A stretch of 64,000 nt of DNA, taken from NCBI RefSeq assembly GCF_009914755.1, contig NC_060930.1; one strand, written 5' to 3'. Under the pieces are notes generated by a model. It had not been told where the DNA came from. It saw only the letters and a list, made by a program, of their open reading frames with translations, and did not search any database. The DNA comes from the human T2T-CHM13v2.0 reference genome, Homo sapiens. Numbering within the stretch: the stretch's first letter is position 1; each line of letters begins with the position of its first letter. This document shows, in pieces, positions 44,561 through 59,356 of this stretch. Position numbers and translations under genes: made by a program.

Positions 44561-44892
44561 GAGAACCCTTGACTCTCCCATGCCCAGAAAAGTCTCTGTT
44601 CATGGTGTCAGGGTTATAAGGAAGGCTCCTGACACTTTGACAGAAGCCAAAGAACTCCCACAGATATCTTGAGATTGTGCTGGAAGGAGGACCTAGTCCA
44701 TGCCACCACAGTTTGGAAATCAGCAGCTCCCAATCCAGCAGCAGAAAGTAGAACTTCCAACCCCATGCACTCCAACATGGACAGGTATCCACACCTTGCA
44801 CACCCCTCACCAACACCTACACCAGGGAGTTCTGGTTAGAGAAGTTACGGCTCAATGAAGTGCAGCTGCAAAGCCTAGTCACTTAAAGAATA

Positions 44893-45058
44893 ATTCACAG
44901 CCTTGGCTGCACATTGTAATCACCTGGGGGCTTTGAAAAGCAGCAAGTCTGAGTCCTCAGCCCAGAGATCCTAATTTACTTGGTCTGGGGTGTAGGGTGG
45001 CCATCAGGATTTTTGGAATCAGGTGATTCTAATTTTCAATAAGACTAAGAACCACAGA
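44893..45058. mobile_element. MER5-type hAT-Charlie DNA transposon relic
   Basis: ttggctgcacattgtaatcacctgggg...ggtctggggtgtagg...caggtgattctaat...aagaaccac. Confidence 0.75.
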
Positions 45059-47105
45059 TTTGGAAGCTGATTTAAAGACACTCATCCATCAACCATGCCG
45101 CAGAGCACCGACTGCTTATTTTAGCATTTTGATCCATTATCATGCTCCTTAGAAATTCTGGCAACAAATATTCATTTTCACATTAATGGAAATAAATTGC
45201 TCTTAAAATGAAGACCAGTGTAAGTGGTATTTGGCTGGAACATAATGTTTCCTGTTCAGAATACTGACAGGGCAGCAGCGGGCATACACTTGGCAGTCAT
45301 TAAAGTTTTTTGTTTTTTTTTTTTTTGAGCAACTTAATTGGAGCTTCGGCATCTATTATGTATCTTGTTTAGAAAAGTTCCTTTAAATTGAATAGACGAA
45401 GATGACTATTTTTCCCTTTCCTATATCAGAGTATTAAAAATGGGATAAATATAATCATGTATTTCACCAACACAAATTGTTGGGAAGAAAATTAATTTTC
45501 TCTCCATGTTCAACTCTCAACACACGAATACACTTTTTGAAAATACAAGAACACTGACGTGACCTAGAAAAAAGGTTTTGTCAGGGCACTCAAAGAGTTA
45601 AAGGAAAGGCCGGCCAGCTCCCTGCCTCTGGCTGCTGTGGCAGGGAGGAGGATGCTGGGAACGCTCCCCACTGAATGGCTCTTTCTCCCCTTCTTTGAGC
45701 TGGGAGTAGAGGAATGCAGTGACTCCCAGCACACCTACCATCCTGCCCATGAACATCACAAGACCCTGTTCACAGGGTGGACTCTAAAAATAAAATTCCT
45801 TGTGCCGCTGCCTGTGCCTCAGTTTTTCTGCAGGCATTCTGCATGTTTCCGCTGCTTGTTTGTTCAAAGCCTTCCAGCTACACACACAGAAGAAGGGCCC
45901 GTGGACATGAAAAAGAGCTCACATCTGTATCTGCTACTTAACAATATTTTCAATAAAGGCATAGATAATGTCTTTTTTGGTAGCAAGAAATTTAATCTAG
46001 ATAATTCCGAGGAGAGTTAGCATAACCCAGAGATTTCTTAGTCACGTTCCAAAGTCTCATCCTAACGTTAGCTTAATGTCTAACATTGCTTCTCCCTTAA
46101 ACCCAGATTGATTCTGCTTATGGGATGTTAGTTGGTAAGGAGCATGCATAGCCTGGAAACAGGGTCAAGAGAAGAAGCAGGAAGACTAGTTAGGAGACAG
46201 CTGCATGGGTCCAGGTGCGAAATGCTGATGATGTTTGAACTAGGATGGTGGCAGTTTTGGAAGAGTGTCAGATACTTCAAATGATTTAATATCTTAACTC
46301 TTGACTTCCCCAATAGAACAAATACCAACTATGGTAAATACAGCAGGTTTATGGCTTAATGTTCAAGTTAATAAGTATTCTCTAGGTTTACAGAATGAAA
46401 AAACCAGACATAAAGGACTCAAATGAAATAAATTTCATAAAATTTTGAGGGGGGGGCAGGAAAATACAAATACGTTCATGTCTGTAGGTCTGTGAAAAAC
46501 GATACAGGTGGAAGATAATCTTACCTGTAATAACATGATGTCTGACTATGAGCTATTAGTTACAACTTAATTATTGACCCAGGAATTTCTATGTACTGTT
46601 CTATGGAAGTATTTGGGTCTCTTTAAATGAAAATGACTAGCGAGGCACTGAACATCACGGAAAGAATGCCGGATACACAATTGAAAGTGGTATGCATTTT
46701 AATAACTATCCTAGAAGAAAGCTATGGCCCCACCACACAGAGAAAACCATGCAGGGTTCTAATACCCACGAGAGAGGGAGACAAAATCTATGTATAATCA
46801 TGGTTTAACAGGGGAAAAAAAACAATTTGAGTATGCATAACAATATTCTTTCCTTTTTGCAATAAAAAAGCAATAAGGATTAGTGAGAAAAATTAGGGGA
46901 AATCCCCCAGTCCTCTTTCTGACCCCTACTCTTCAGTACCTCTGGTGGCCTTGGTTTGAACACCGTCTGTGCTCTAAGAATGGTCAGTTTGCTACATACA
47001 GTTGAAAGAATTACACTTCTTGTTAGAATATTCAAATTCTTTAAAAATGTATTTTTTATACAAATGCAAAATCTGTCTCTAACTTCTACTGATTCACTGC
47101 TTCAA

Positions 47106-47366
<261 letters not shown>

Positions 47367-47820
47367 CATTGCTTCTATTTTCTGCTTTCCTAAAGCTTCA
47401 CTGAAAAACTCAAATTCCTTCTCTTCCAGAAACCTTCAGACACTTAAGAACAGTAATCCTGGCATCCATGACATTTTCTTATCCAGGTTACAACATCTCT
47501 GGTCCCTTCATAGGGCAGCAGGGCTTCTAGTCCTGTTAGTACGGGTGCTGTCTAGATACACTCTGGCCAAAGAATGTACAGGGAGCCAATGCCCATTAAA
47601 AGAATTTTCTGGGGCGAAACAAACTATAACTCTAAAAGGAACCAACAGAACCGAAAACCCACCACAATAGTATATGCTGGAAATGTACAGCAAAGGCTGA
47701 GAAGCCTGGTGCATGTTTAGCTATTAACAGGTCATGAGTGTCTTTTGCAAGACTGGCAGATTAAAAACAATGGATTGAAGAATAAGTGGGAGGTTATGAG
47801 GCAAAAATTGTGAGTTCAGA

Positions 47821-47985
47821 CTAGTGTTCTCAAATTTAATGTGTACATGAATCACCAGGATATTGTGTCAAAAAAGAGATTCTGATTGAGCTGTGTGACA
47901 TTGGGGTGATGATTACCTTTCTCATAAGCACCCAGTTGATGCCCATGCTGCTGTGTAGGGACCACATTTTGAGTAGCAAGGGTGT
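47821..47985. mobile_element. MER5-type relic
   Basis: agtgttctcaaatttaatgtgtacatgaatcacc...gattctgatt...ggaccacattttgagtagcaagg. Confidence 0.75.
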
Positions 47986-48474
47986 AGACTATTGTCAAGT
48001 GATCTCCAAGCAGCGGCCATATTGTAAATCCATAAACAGGGTAAAAAGGAATGCTTTCAGCATACAATGAAGCCAACTTTAGCCAACAGGGAAAATATTG
48101 CTGTATTTAAGAACCTAGGTCTATCAGATATATGGTGGTTCTTTGGAGGCCATTATTTATTACCATGATCTAAGAGATGGATTTCAAAATGATCTCTAAA
48201 AAAAAACAAAATTTCCATTTTCTGCCCCAAAGTGAGAAATCCTAAATAAAGCAGTATTCCTTGAGTCATCTGTAGAGCTGTGAATGTGTCCATGTAGGCA
48301 TAGAGTATACAATATTATCCATTTCACATCCTTAGTCAGTGGACTTAATCCCACTTTTCTGAATCAGGTGTGGATTATCTTGGTTGACAAGCTTCTCAAA
48401 TGTATTCAGATAAAGAAGGCACTTGGAAAAATGTCAATATTTATCACTACACAGCCACATTTGAACCGTATTAA

Positions 48475-48600
48475 TTTATACCTAGTGTTCCATTATTGGA
48501 ACACCAAGCATGTAGGAGTTATTTATATCCTACTGCTCAAGGTCATCACCAAGGTCTGATTGCAAAAATTCAAAAAATTGCAACCTCAGTCATAAATGGG
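48475..48600 (+). mobile_element. MER85, non-autonomous piggyBac (PGBD3-derived) element
   Basis: TTAA flanks at 48471-48474 and 48601-48604; right TIR agtcataaatggg; left TIR lacks its first about 4 nt; body gttccattattggaac...cctactgctcaaggtcatc...ttgcaaaaattcaaaaaattgcaacctcag matches recalled consensus. Confidence 0.9.
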
Positions 48601-49217
48601 TTAAAATCCCCCAAAATGTCTATATATGTATGCTCACACAAATATGTATTTGTTCAGGAAAAAAAATGAAGAAAATTGTTCTAAAAATATGGGGGAGTGT
48701 TCTTCGCAAAACATATGCAAAGACAAGACACAGGGCAAATAAAACCTGAGAAAATATACAAAAGACTATAAGATTAGTTTCTTGAAGAATAAAGATGCAA
48801 TTAAATTACAGAATTTAACACCTGGCATGGTACAATAAGATACCTTAGAAATAAAGAATTAAAACTTGAAGGCAAGTTTTTAGAAGTTAAAAGTTGAAGT
48901 ACATGTTTTGTAGAAATTGTGGTCAAAGGTAAGAGAATAACTTCTAAGAAATGAGTGTAAAATATTGTAAAACAGCTTTAACTAGGTAGCTTTAACTAGA
49001 TTAACACTGACTAAGGCTCTTGGATAACTGCATAGGCAATTCATTTTGTATAATTAAGGAGAAGAAAATCAGCCAGTGGCTGTTGTTTTACTCAGCATCT
49101 TTCAGATACAGTTATAGATAAATTCCTGATTTTAGTTAAGAAATAAAACTGGAACAAGAAAGAAAATTATATAATATGCTCAAAACTTATAGTCAAATTG
49201 CCTTAATTATTAGGACT

Positions 49218-49568
<351 letters not shown>

Positions 49569-50241
49569 TTAGGGTGCGTGAAGGTCGCCAGTGAAAATAC
49601 AATGCCTCCGTGATACTCTGTTGGCCGGTTTTGCTGTCTAATATGACTCCAATATCTCAGGACCACTGTCACACCCACGGCCAGATAACCTCCTTCAAAA
49701 TGAAATGCTCATCAGCACCTAGGGAATGCTCATTCATCTCTCAAAAGGGAGGGCTCAAACATTGCCTCCTACGAGATTTCCTGACACCCACAGCACCATA
49801 TCTAGTTTGCAATTACCACGAACTTAAAATCTGTCATTTTTTTAATCAGTCTTGTCCAATAGAATGTGAACTTTCAGGCAGGGGGCAAGTCTAATTCATC
49901 TGATGTCTATAAGCCCACATGGACGTCGACTGAAAGACTGAGGGCCAGGATGAATAAGGCTGGAAGTCAGCAGCCAGGGAGGAAGGAAGCATATGGAGGA
50001 ACCTGGGGCAGGCTGTGCTTTGCAACACTCATCCACCCAGTATTTAATGCTCACGGTGAGCAGCTATATCGGTAAACCACCTACTGATGCTGCTTTCAAA
50101 TTCCTCCTCCTCCAACATATAAACCCGCAAACAACCAGTCATTATCCAAATGCCCTTGCCCAAGGTACTCATCAAAGCAGAAATTAGAGACAAGGTGTGG
50201 TCATCCTCTCTCCACACCCCATTGGCCTTCTGTCCTTCCAG

Positions 50242-50538
50242 TTTTGTTATTTTTTTAAGATGGAGTCTCGTTCTGTCACCCAGGCTGGAGTGCAGTGGCA
50301 TGATCTCGGCTCATTGTAACCTCCGCCTCCTAGGTTCGAGCAATTCTCCTGCTCCAGCCTCTTGAATAGCTGGGATTACAGGCGTGCACGAGCACGCCTG
50401 GCTAATTTTTGTATTTTTAGTAGACACAGGGTTTCGCCATCTTGGCCAGGCTGGTCTCGAACTCCTGGCCTCAAGTGATCTGCCTGCCTCGGCCTCCCAA
50501 AGTGCTGGGATTACAAGCGTGAGCCACCGCACCCAGCC
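50242..50538 (-). mobile_element. Alu (AluS-like)
   Basis: TSD tgtcct(t/g)ccagtttt. Confidence 0.95.
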
Positions 50539-52284
50539 TTGTCCTGCCAGTTTTTCAGTAGTTAATACAGATTAGTTCAAAAACATTTCCTGCAGATCTC
50601 TAAAAGACCATAAATACCTCTTCTCATGCCAGTGAGGTGTTTTGCAGGACTGCTGAGAACCAGCAGTTCTCTTCAACAATGAAGGGGTGAATTGTTCATG
50701 TAGCACTTGAGTATTTTTGTTGTTAAAAATAATTTGTCAAATTACCGTTTCGACAAGATCATGTGGCATCTTTAGATAGATTTAGAATGTGTTGCTTTTT
50801 GAAAGCATTTCTGAATCTAGATGAAAAACTTCAGCCTTTTCCCCTAATTTATCTTTCGTTTCAATTGGAGAAAGGTCTTAAACTTGTGAAAATCCTGTCA
50901 TTCTCACACATTTCATCTTCTTCCTCCTTCTAAAGAAAGTCATCCTGAGTCCTAGTCCTGCAGTGTGTTTACACAATTGTCTCCTGCTCCTAAGGATCAA
51001 CTACAAAATGCAAAAATTTCCACAAATATTCCTACTTAGTATTTCGGGATGTCAAAAGTTCTGAGTTTCTTCAGAAATTTTTTCTGAAATAACTTTTCAA
51101 CTCAGCTCATCAGAATGACTAACCAGAGAATACGTTCCTCTCTTTTGGGACCCTTCTGAGGTCAAATTTTCTCATGACTTATAACCCCAGTGAGTTGTTT
51201 TTTTCCCCACTTTTTCACCACTTCATCCCCGAGTAGCATTCTTTTGCTCTAATGCAGATTTCTCTGCACAAATCTGCTGATAATCTCTGCTTCTCTGTGG
51301 GCTCTGGCTGCTTTTTTTTTTTTTTTTGGCTTATGATTTTACCACCTTCATTTTTTATTAGGTCATCAGAAGGCCCATTATCCTGAACCTTCCCACACAT
51401 GTTAAGTGTTTATTTGGGAATTATGGCAATATCTTTCTGATGTTTAAATCACAGATTAGTAAAAGGAACTAAATTCCAGATGGCACTGCTGTAGCCCATG
51501 GGAATTTGTGAGAGTTAGAATTTACTAGCATTAAGGAAACACTCAAGAAAGCACTGATAGACTGTTAAATATAGTTATGAGAACTTTGGTCAAATCTAGT
51601 AATGATCTTTAGAAAAGAACATACTGATAAAGGCCTGCTTATTTCTTCCTTCTGTCCTATGCATACACAAACACCAAAATGCCTCTGAATGCAGAAATCT
51701 GCTGGCAGTTGCAGCTTGCAGGTGCTGAATTAAACGCTCCCTTCCCATCCCACTCAACAATCAGGCAGTAATGTTTTATGAAGTTTAAAGATGTGACCTC
51801 AGCCTAGAAAAACTGTGAAGACTGCTTAAGAGGAAGAAAGCATATTGGTATGCTTCTCTTTTTCTGGCCCAGAGTATGATTTGCTAATGCAGGCTGCTAA
51901 AGGGATGTGGTTATACAGAAAGTAGATTTAGGCTTGCATTCTTGTAATCGAAGCCACCAAACATGTAAAATATCGAAAACACATGAACTTAAAAGAACGA
52001 AGCCAAGCCACTCCTACTTTCGGAAGGTTGCCACCCTTGAGACATAGGTGAACTTTCAGTTTGATTTATGGCTTGATAGAATCCCAGTGACCACAGTAAT
52101 CAGTTGGATTCTAGTTAAATTTATAGAAACATCTCTGGTATTATTTTTTAAGTCATCTTAATTTACTTTTCATTCTAGAGCCTTTTTCTCAGTGTGCTTC
52201 AGAGTTCAAAAAAAATTTTTACATTGGTTCTCTGCCTCCCTTCATTCCTACTTCCATCCCTCCTTCTCCCGTTCCCTCTCTCCC

Positions 52285-53050
<766 letters not shown>

Positions 53051-54156
53051 GAAGGCAGACTCTGCTCCCTCTGCCTGGTACATGCTCATCCCAGATCTCT
53101 GCATGGCTCCTTCACACCACTCAGGCCTGGTTACCAACACCACCACCCCATAGTTCTTGCCCACATGCCCCACCCCCAAATTTATAATCCCTAGCTCTAG
53201 CCTACCTCTGTGCCCTCCAACACTTTCTCTTTCCTTCCTGGTACTTATCCCAACAGGAACCCACTATTAATTTATTTATCTGCCTGTTTATTGGGTGACA
53301 TTTTTCTAACACACACTTTAGGACCCACAGATGCATAAAAAAAGAATGTCTACACTTTAAGTACTTTTGTTTTTAACATGGGAAGACTGTATTTAAATAC
53401 ATCTGAGTTGTCAGTCCATTAAAACAATAATAGGCCTTTACTGCTTTTTTTTCAAGTGAACACAGGAATTCCCGACTTTCTTTTACCACAAAAGTATACG
53501 AACCTAGCATTAGGCAGCAACATGGTGTTGATGAAAACACCTTTTTTGGTACAGCATGCAGAATGGTAAGGATGGGGCATGAATCTCTCTTGGCCTTGCC
53601 AAGTTATAAATTATAGAAAGGGAAATTCTGTGGCAGCAAGGGAACATCACCACAGATAGTTTTTTTTTTTTTCCGGAATCTAAAAGGACCAGAAAGCATT
53701 TTGATAATCTTGTTAAAATACTTTAAAAAGGCATGGTATTAAATTGATGGACTCTAAATTACCTGAAAATTAATTATTCTTGGGTCAGGTGAAAAAGTAT
53801 CCACTGAATGCTTATTCACTCTCCACAAATATTCCATCATGTCTCATTCAGGCATTTGTACTAGGTCTGAGTGAAATACAAAGATGAATCAGACCTCAGG
53901 TAGCTTATCATCATAAATAATGCTAAGGCCTGTCTGAAAGCCCCAAATACCACAAGACAGGCAAAGAGGATGCACTTGAGGGTAGATGGTGCTTCAGCAC
54001 AAGGAGAACAGCAGCGTCAGGCAGGGCTTTGAAGTAAAGGGAGAACGCAGCCCTGCTGAAGTGACGAGCGCATTTCAGGTAGATGCGGGAAACTGAAAGG
54101 TGCTAGTGAGAAGCAGCAAGTTCAGTTTTGTGGAAGAGGAGTACTAGAAAATCCGA

Positions 54157-54456
54157 GGCTGGGTGCAGTGGCTCACGCCTGTAATCCAGCACTTTGGGAG
54201 GCTGACACAGAGAATCGCTTGAGTCCAGGAGTTCAACACCAGTCTGGGCAGCATGATGAAACCCCATCTCTACTAAAAATACAAAAATTACCTGGGCCTG
54301 GTGGCGGGCGCCTGTAATCCCAGCTATTCAGGAGGCTAAGGCAGGAGAATCACTTGAACCTGGGAGGCAGACATTGCAGTGAGCCAAGATCGTGCCACTG
54401 CTCCCCAGCCTGGGAGACAGAGCAAGACTCGATAAAAAAAAAAAAGAAAAGAAAAT
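54157..54456 (+). mobile_element. Alu, chimeric (J-like left arm, S-like right arm)
   Basis: First of a tandem pair; preceded by agaaaatcc. Confidence 0.92.
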
Positions 54457-54460
54457 CCCA

Positions 54461-54780
54461 GGCTGGGTGCAGTGGCTCACACCTGTAATCCAGCACTTTG
54501 GGAAGCTGACATGGGGGAACTGCTTGACCCCAGGAATTCAACACCAGCCTGGGCAACATGGTGAAACCCTGTTTCTACTGAAAATACAAGAAATTTGCCA
54601 GATGTGGTGGCACATGTCTATAGTCCTAGCTACTCGGAAGGCTGAGGCGGGTGGAACACTTGAGCTGGGGAGGTCGAGGCCTGCAGCAAGTGATGATGGC
54701 ATGCACCACTGCACTCCAGCCTGGGCAACAGAGAGAGACCGCTCTCAAAAAAAAAAAAGAAAGAAAGAAAGAAAAGAAAA
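54461..54780 (+). mobile_element. Alu (AluJ-like)
   Basis: Second of a tandem pair; flanked by agaaaatcc. Confidence 0.92.
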
Positions 54781-55590
54781 TCCTGTTTGAAGGTGGATTA
54801 TAGGGCTCCCCCACCCTATGCTTAATCTGCAGAAAAGGGAGATTGATCAAAGGTTTTGCATGGGCACAGTAAGATGTCCAGAAGAATGCTTCGGGAAGAA
54901 CAGGACACCCACATGCTGGACTAGAGAGGAGCAAATCTGCAGAGGATGCCTCAATGGAGGTCCTCGGCAGCCTAGGGAAGAATGATGTCAGTGCAGATGG
55001 AACAGAGGAAACAGGGCTGAGGCACGTTCCTGGGGTCCATTGACAAGATCTCGATGCTTCAGATGTTGGGGAAACCATTATTCTATTCACGCAGTTGCCC
55101 ATCCCAGAAATATGAGGTTGTCGTCTCCTCCTCAATCCACTGAATCATGAAGTCCCATCAATTCTACTTCCTGCTGAGTCCATTTACTCCTCTCTATCTA
55201 TATGGCCCATCTGGTCTCCTAACGCATGCAACTCCACTCCATTCGCAACACAAAATTCATGTTGATCTTTTTAAAAATGCTAAGCTGATAATGGCATTCT
55301 CTTACATGAAAAAAAAACCTTTAATGGCTCAGAAAGAGGCTGAAAACCCTTCACTTTAGTCTCTAATGCCCTGCTTAGCTGTGTTCCTGCCTCCCTCTCC
55401 AGCCGCATCCAGCTCCTCTCTGCTCCCTGGCTTCCTCCTAGATCCTCATGCACAACTCAGCTCTTCCCTGTTTCCGCCACCCCAAGAAATGCTCCTCGCT
55501 CTTCACCTAGGCCCTCAGACACAGGGTCTCCTCTCCCAGCCCTCTAAACTTCCCTTTGAGCACATAATTTGTAATTCAATAGCTGGAAAG

Positions 55591-55877
55591 CAGCCATGGT
55601 GCAGTGGCTCATGCCTGTAGTCCTAGCACTTTGGGAGGCCCAGGCAGGAGGACCGCCTGAGCCCAGGAGTTCAAGATCAGCCTGGGCAACATAGTGAGAC
55701 TCCGACTCTTCAAAAAATATAATAAAATGAAATAATTAGCTGGGCATGGTGGCACACGCCTGTGGTCACAGCTAAGAGCCTGGGAGGTCAAGGCTGCAGT
55801 GAGCCATGATCTTGCTACCACACTCCAGCCTGGGTGACAGAGCAAGACTCTGTCTCAGAAAAAAAAAAAAAAAAAAG
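55591..55877 (+). mobile_element. Alu (AluJ-like) with right-arm deletion
   Basis: Dimer plus poly-A, within L2-like sequence. Confidence 0.9.
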
Positions 55878-56225
55878 TTAAAGTTGAAAAGCTACTTTTT
55901 AATGACAATTTCCCTAGACAAGTGCCCTCTGCTCCAGGCTAACCGTAACCATACAGGCTAGAATAGTATCTTGTATACAGAAGGCACTCATTAGATGAAC
56001 AGATGAATAAGAAGCAAGGAGTCAAAGATGACACTGAGGTTTCTAGTCAGGGTGACTAGAGAGAAAACACTATCACTGGTAAGCAAAGGGGTGTAAGTTA
56101 AAAGGAAAAAATTATGACATTAAAATTGGAAGTTGAAAAATATGTTCAGCAGATTGATGGAAAAGTAGAAATGGAGCTAAGGAGAGAAGAATGGGCTAGA
56201 AATATGTACTTGAAAGTCACTGTCA

Positions 56226-56495
56226 CACTTTGGGAGGCCAAAATGGGCAGATCGCTTGAGCCCAGGAGTTCAAGACGAGCCTAGGCAACATGGCAAAACC
56301 CCGCCTCTACAGAAAAAAAAAAAACACTACAAAAATAAGCCAGGCATGGTGGTGCATGCCTGTAGTCCTAGCTACTGGGGAGACTGAGGTGAGAGGATCA
56401 CTTGAGCCTGGTAGGCAGACGTTGCAGTGAGCTGAGATGGTACCTCTGCACTCCAAACTGCATGACAGAGCCAGACCTGTCTCAAAAAAACAAAA
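56226..56495 (+). mobile_element. Alu (AluJ-like), 5'-truncated
   Basis: Begins at cactttggg; TSD gtcact(g/t)tca. Confidence 0.9.
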
Positions 56496-56614
56496 TGCAG
56501 GTCACTTTCATTGAGCTGGGCATGGATGCTATACAGCTAAGTCAGAGTGCAATGAAATGATCTCTCTGAATATGTCTTTCCAACTAGACTAGAAGCTCCT
56601 TAAGGGTATTGCCT

Positions 56615-56727
56615 TTTTGTTGCTGTTGTTGTTGAGACAGTCTCTCTCACTGTCGCCCAGGCTGGAGTGCAGTGGCGCAATCTCGGCTCACTGCAACCTC
56701 CGCCTCCCTGCAACCTCCGCCTCCCGG
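56615..56727 (-). mobile_element. 5'-truncated Alu right-arm fragment with a 17-bp internal tandem duplication
   Basis: Perfect TSD aagggtattgcct (56602-56614, 56728-56740). Confidence 0.92.
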
Positions 56728-57733
56728 AAGGGTATTGCCTGTGTTGTACTCATCTCTTTATCATAAGTGTCCTAAATAATGAAAGAACAATTCTTCAAGA
56801 GAAAAGGAGTGGTCAGCCCCTTTACCCTCCTGTCAAGGAAAATTAAGCCTGAAGGTCATACTATTGGATGCTTAAAGGCCCTGCCGATTCATCACAAGAC
56901 AGTTTCCACAAACTGATGGGAGAGAGACACTTGCAAGGCTTAGGTGAGTAACATGAGTCACTTTTTCTAGATTATCAGAGCATTGTCAGCACTGAGGGGC
57001 TGATGGCCCGGTGCATGTGGATAAGGTCTCCTTTTCCTCTTCCATCTCATTAGGAAGACTGACCCCAAGACTCCAAGAGACACTTTCTCAAGTGTGCATA
57101 GGCTTTCTCTTCAGAACCACACGAAGCTCAGAAGCAAAGCTCATTTTGGCTTTCCAGTATCTCTATGGTTTTCCAGCAAATCAAGGTGAACACCCGAGAA
57201 AACTCAGGTTTCAGTGCTGCAGTAGAAATCGATAGGAAGACTTTGGCCTGCTTTGGTTCTAGACCATTCAAGTCATCTAGCCCAGGGAAGGTGTCGTAGG
57301 GTTCCAGCCTGGCTCACCAGAGTTTTATGCTGGGACGTGGGGCAAGAGCCACGTGCAATAATCAAGAGATGCTTTGCCTTGGTTTATTTTCTGACTACAT
57401 ACCTACCTCTAGGACTTTTCAAGAAAATAAGTTCCAGGGAAAGATTGTGGTATTCCTTAGCAACCCAGCCAAATACAACTATAACAGCATCTCAGTTTCA
57501 ACACAGTTTACAGGAAGTAAGAGAGTCAGGGCTGGGTCTTTGGAGAAATAAGCTCAAGGGAGATGTTTCTGTGTTGGGAAGCAAGAATTTATGAGCTGTC
57601 TGTCTAGTCAGATAGCATCACAGATTTGTAAATAATGTTCATAATAATTAGCAAGATTCCTTTCTATTACTGTGTTTACCAATTGGAAATATGAGAAGAT
57701 CAACAGACATTAATCAGAGAACTCATTTTATAG

Positions 57734-58051
57734 ATTTATTTATTTATTTATTTTTTTTTTTTTTTTTTTTTTGAGACGGAGTTTCGCTCTTGCTGCCCAG
57801 GCTGGAGTGCAGTAGCGCAATCTTGGCTCACTGCAACCTCCACCTCCTGGTTCAAGCGATTCTCCTACCTCAGCCTCACAAGTAGCTGGGATTACAGGCA
57901 TGCGCCACCACACCCAGCTATTTTTTGTTTTTAGTAGAGATGGGGTTTCACCTTGTTGGTCAGGCTGGTCTGGAACTCCTGATCTCAGATGATCCACCTG
58001 CCTCGGCCTCCCAAAATGCTGGATTCCAGGCATGAGCCACTGTGCCCAGCC
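57734..58051 (-). mobile_element. Alu (AluSq/Sp-like)
   Basis: gagtttcgctcttg; TSD ctcattttatagat. Confidence 0.95.
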
Positions 58052-59058
58052 TCATTTTATAGATCTTAGAGGCTTCTTTTCATACCTGAAATATCTGAAT
58101 ATATTTTAGGGAACACAAAAATAAAACCATTTAAAGTGGCAAAGTGGTAATAGGAGAGTTATATAAAAGTATTAGAACTAAATAGCCTTTCTGTAAATAA
58201 TTAAAACTTATTTTAATACCAGCACCCAATGCACAACTTTTGCTAAAATATTGAGAGTACATTAGGCACTTTGGTAATTTAGGAACAAATGCTATTTTGA
58301 TTTTACTTTCTCTTAGATACACTGCAGATCAATGTCATCATGTCATACTAAAATTTAAGGTTCAACAATCTTCATGCCTTTTAAAAGTAATCTTCTTTGC
58401 CCTGCAAATTTGTTCTTATATAATATTTTAGAGCACTAAAAAAAATTACATAACAAAGCCTTGCAGTTTTTCATTTTTATTATTTTGACTAATTTTTATC
58501 CTTTAAGATGTTCCCATGATAGAATTTTTAGTCTCATAACTTTACATATGATGAAAACTGAACGAAAATGAAAACAGTCTCTGAATTTACACTGCATTTA
58601 TACCTCTCAAGAGACATTCTTCCAGGACTTCAAATTCATAAATATATCTTTCGTTTCCCATTTTTTTAAAAAAGCCATGGGCCTTGCCCACCCCCTCAAC
58701 CACTTTCAAGTGGCATGCCAAATCATTTTTGCAGTGTGGGCAGTCAATCCAGATCTAGATTCTTAGACTTCAGAAGCAAATCCTCTTTACCCCTCCTTTA
58801 CCTATGGATTAGAAAAATCAATAAAAGAGACTAGCAGGAAGCAAATGACAAATTCATAAGTGAAGACTCTGTTTATACTTTAATAATTTACAAGGAATCA
58901 ATTATTAGGTATCAGTGTATTCTGCCTTGATTAAAACTGTTAGTCTATCCAAGAAAATAAAAATGTATTTTGAGTTTTTGCACATCTTACATTCACAGTA
59001 GGAATCCTGTTTCTGCCTATGTTTCTATGAGTCAAACCTGTATTAAATATAGACTTTT

Positions 59059-59356
59059 GGCCAGGCATGGCGGCTCACGCCTGTAATCCCAGCCCTTTGG
59101 GAGGCCGAGGCAGGCAGATCACTTGAGGCCAGAAGTTTGCGACCAGCCTGGCCAACATGGTGAAGCTCTGTTTCTATCAAAAATACAAAAAAGTAGCCAG
59201 GTGTGGTGGCAGGCACCTGTAATCCCTACTCAGGAGGCTGAGGCACAAGAATCACTTGAACCTGGGAGGTGAAGGTTGCAGTGAGCCAAGATTACGCCAC
59301 TGTACTCCAGTCTGGGCAACAGAGTGAGATTGTCTAAAAAAAATAAAATAAAAGAA
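59059..59356 (+). mobile_element. Alu (AluS-like)
   Basis: TSD atagacttttg. Confidence 0.95.
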
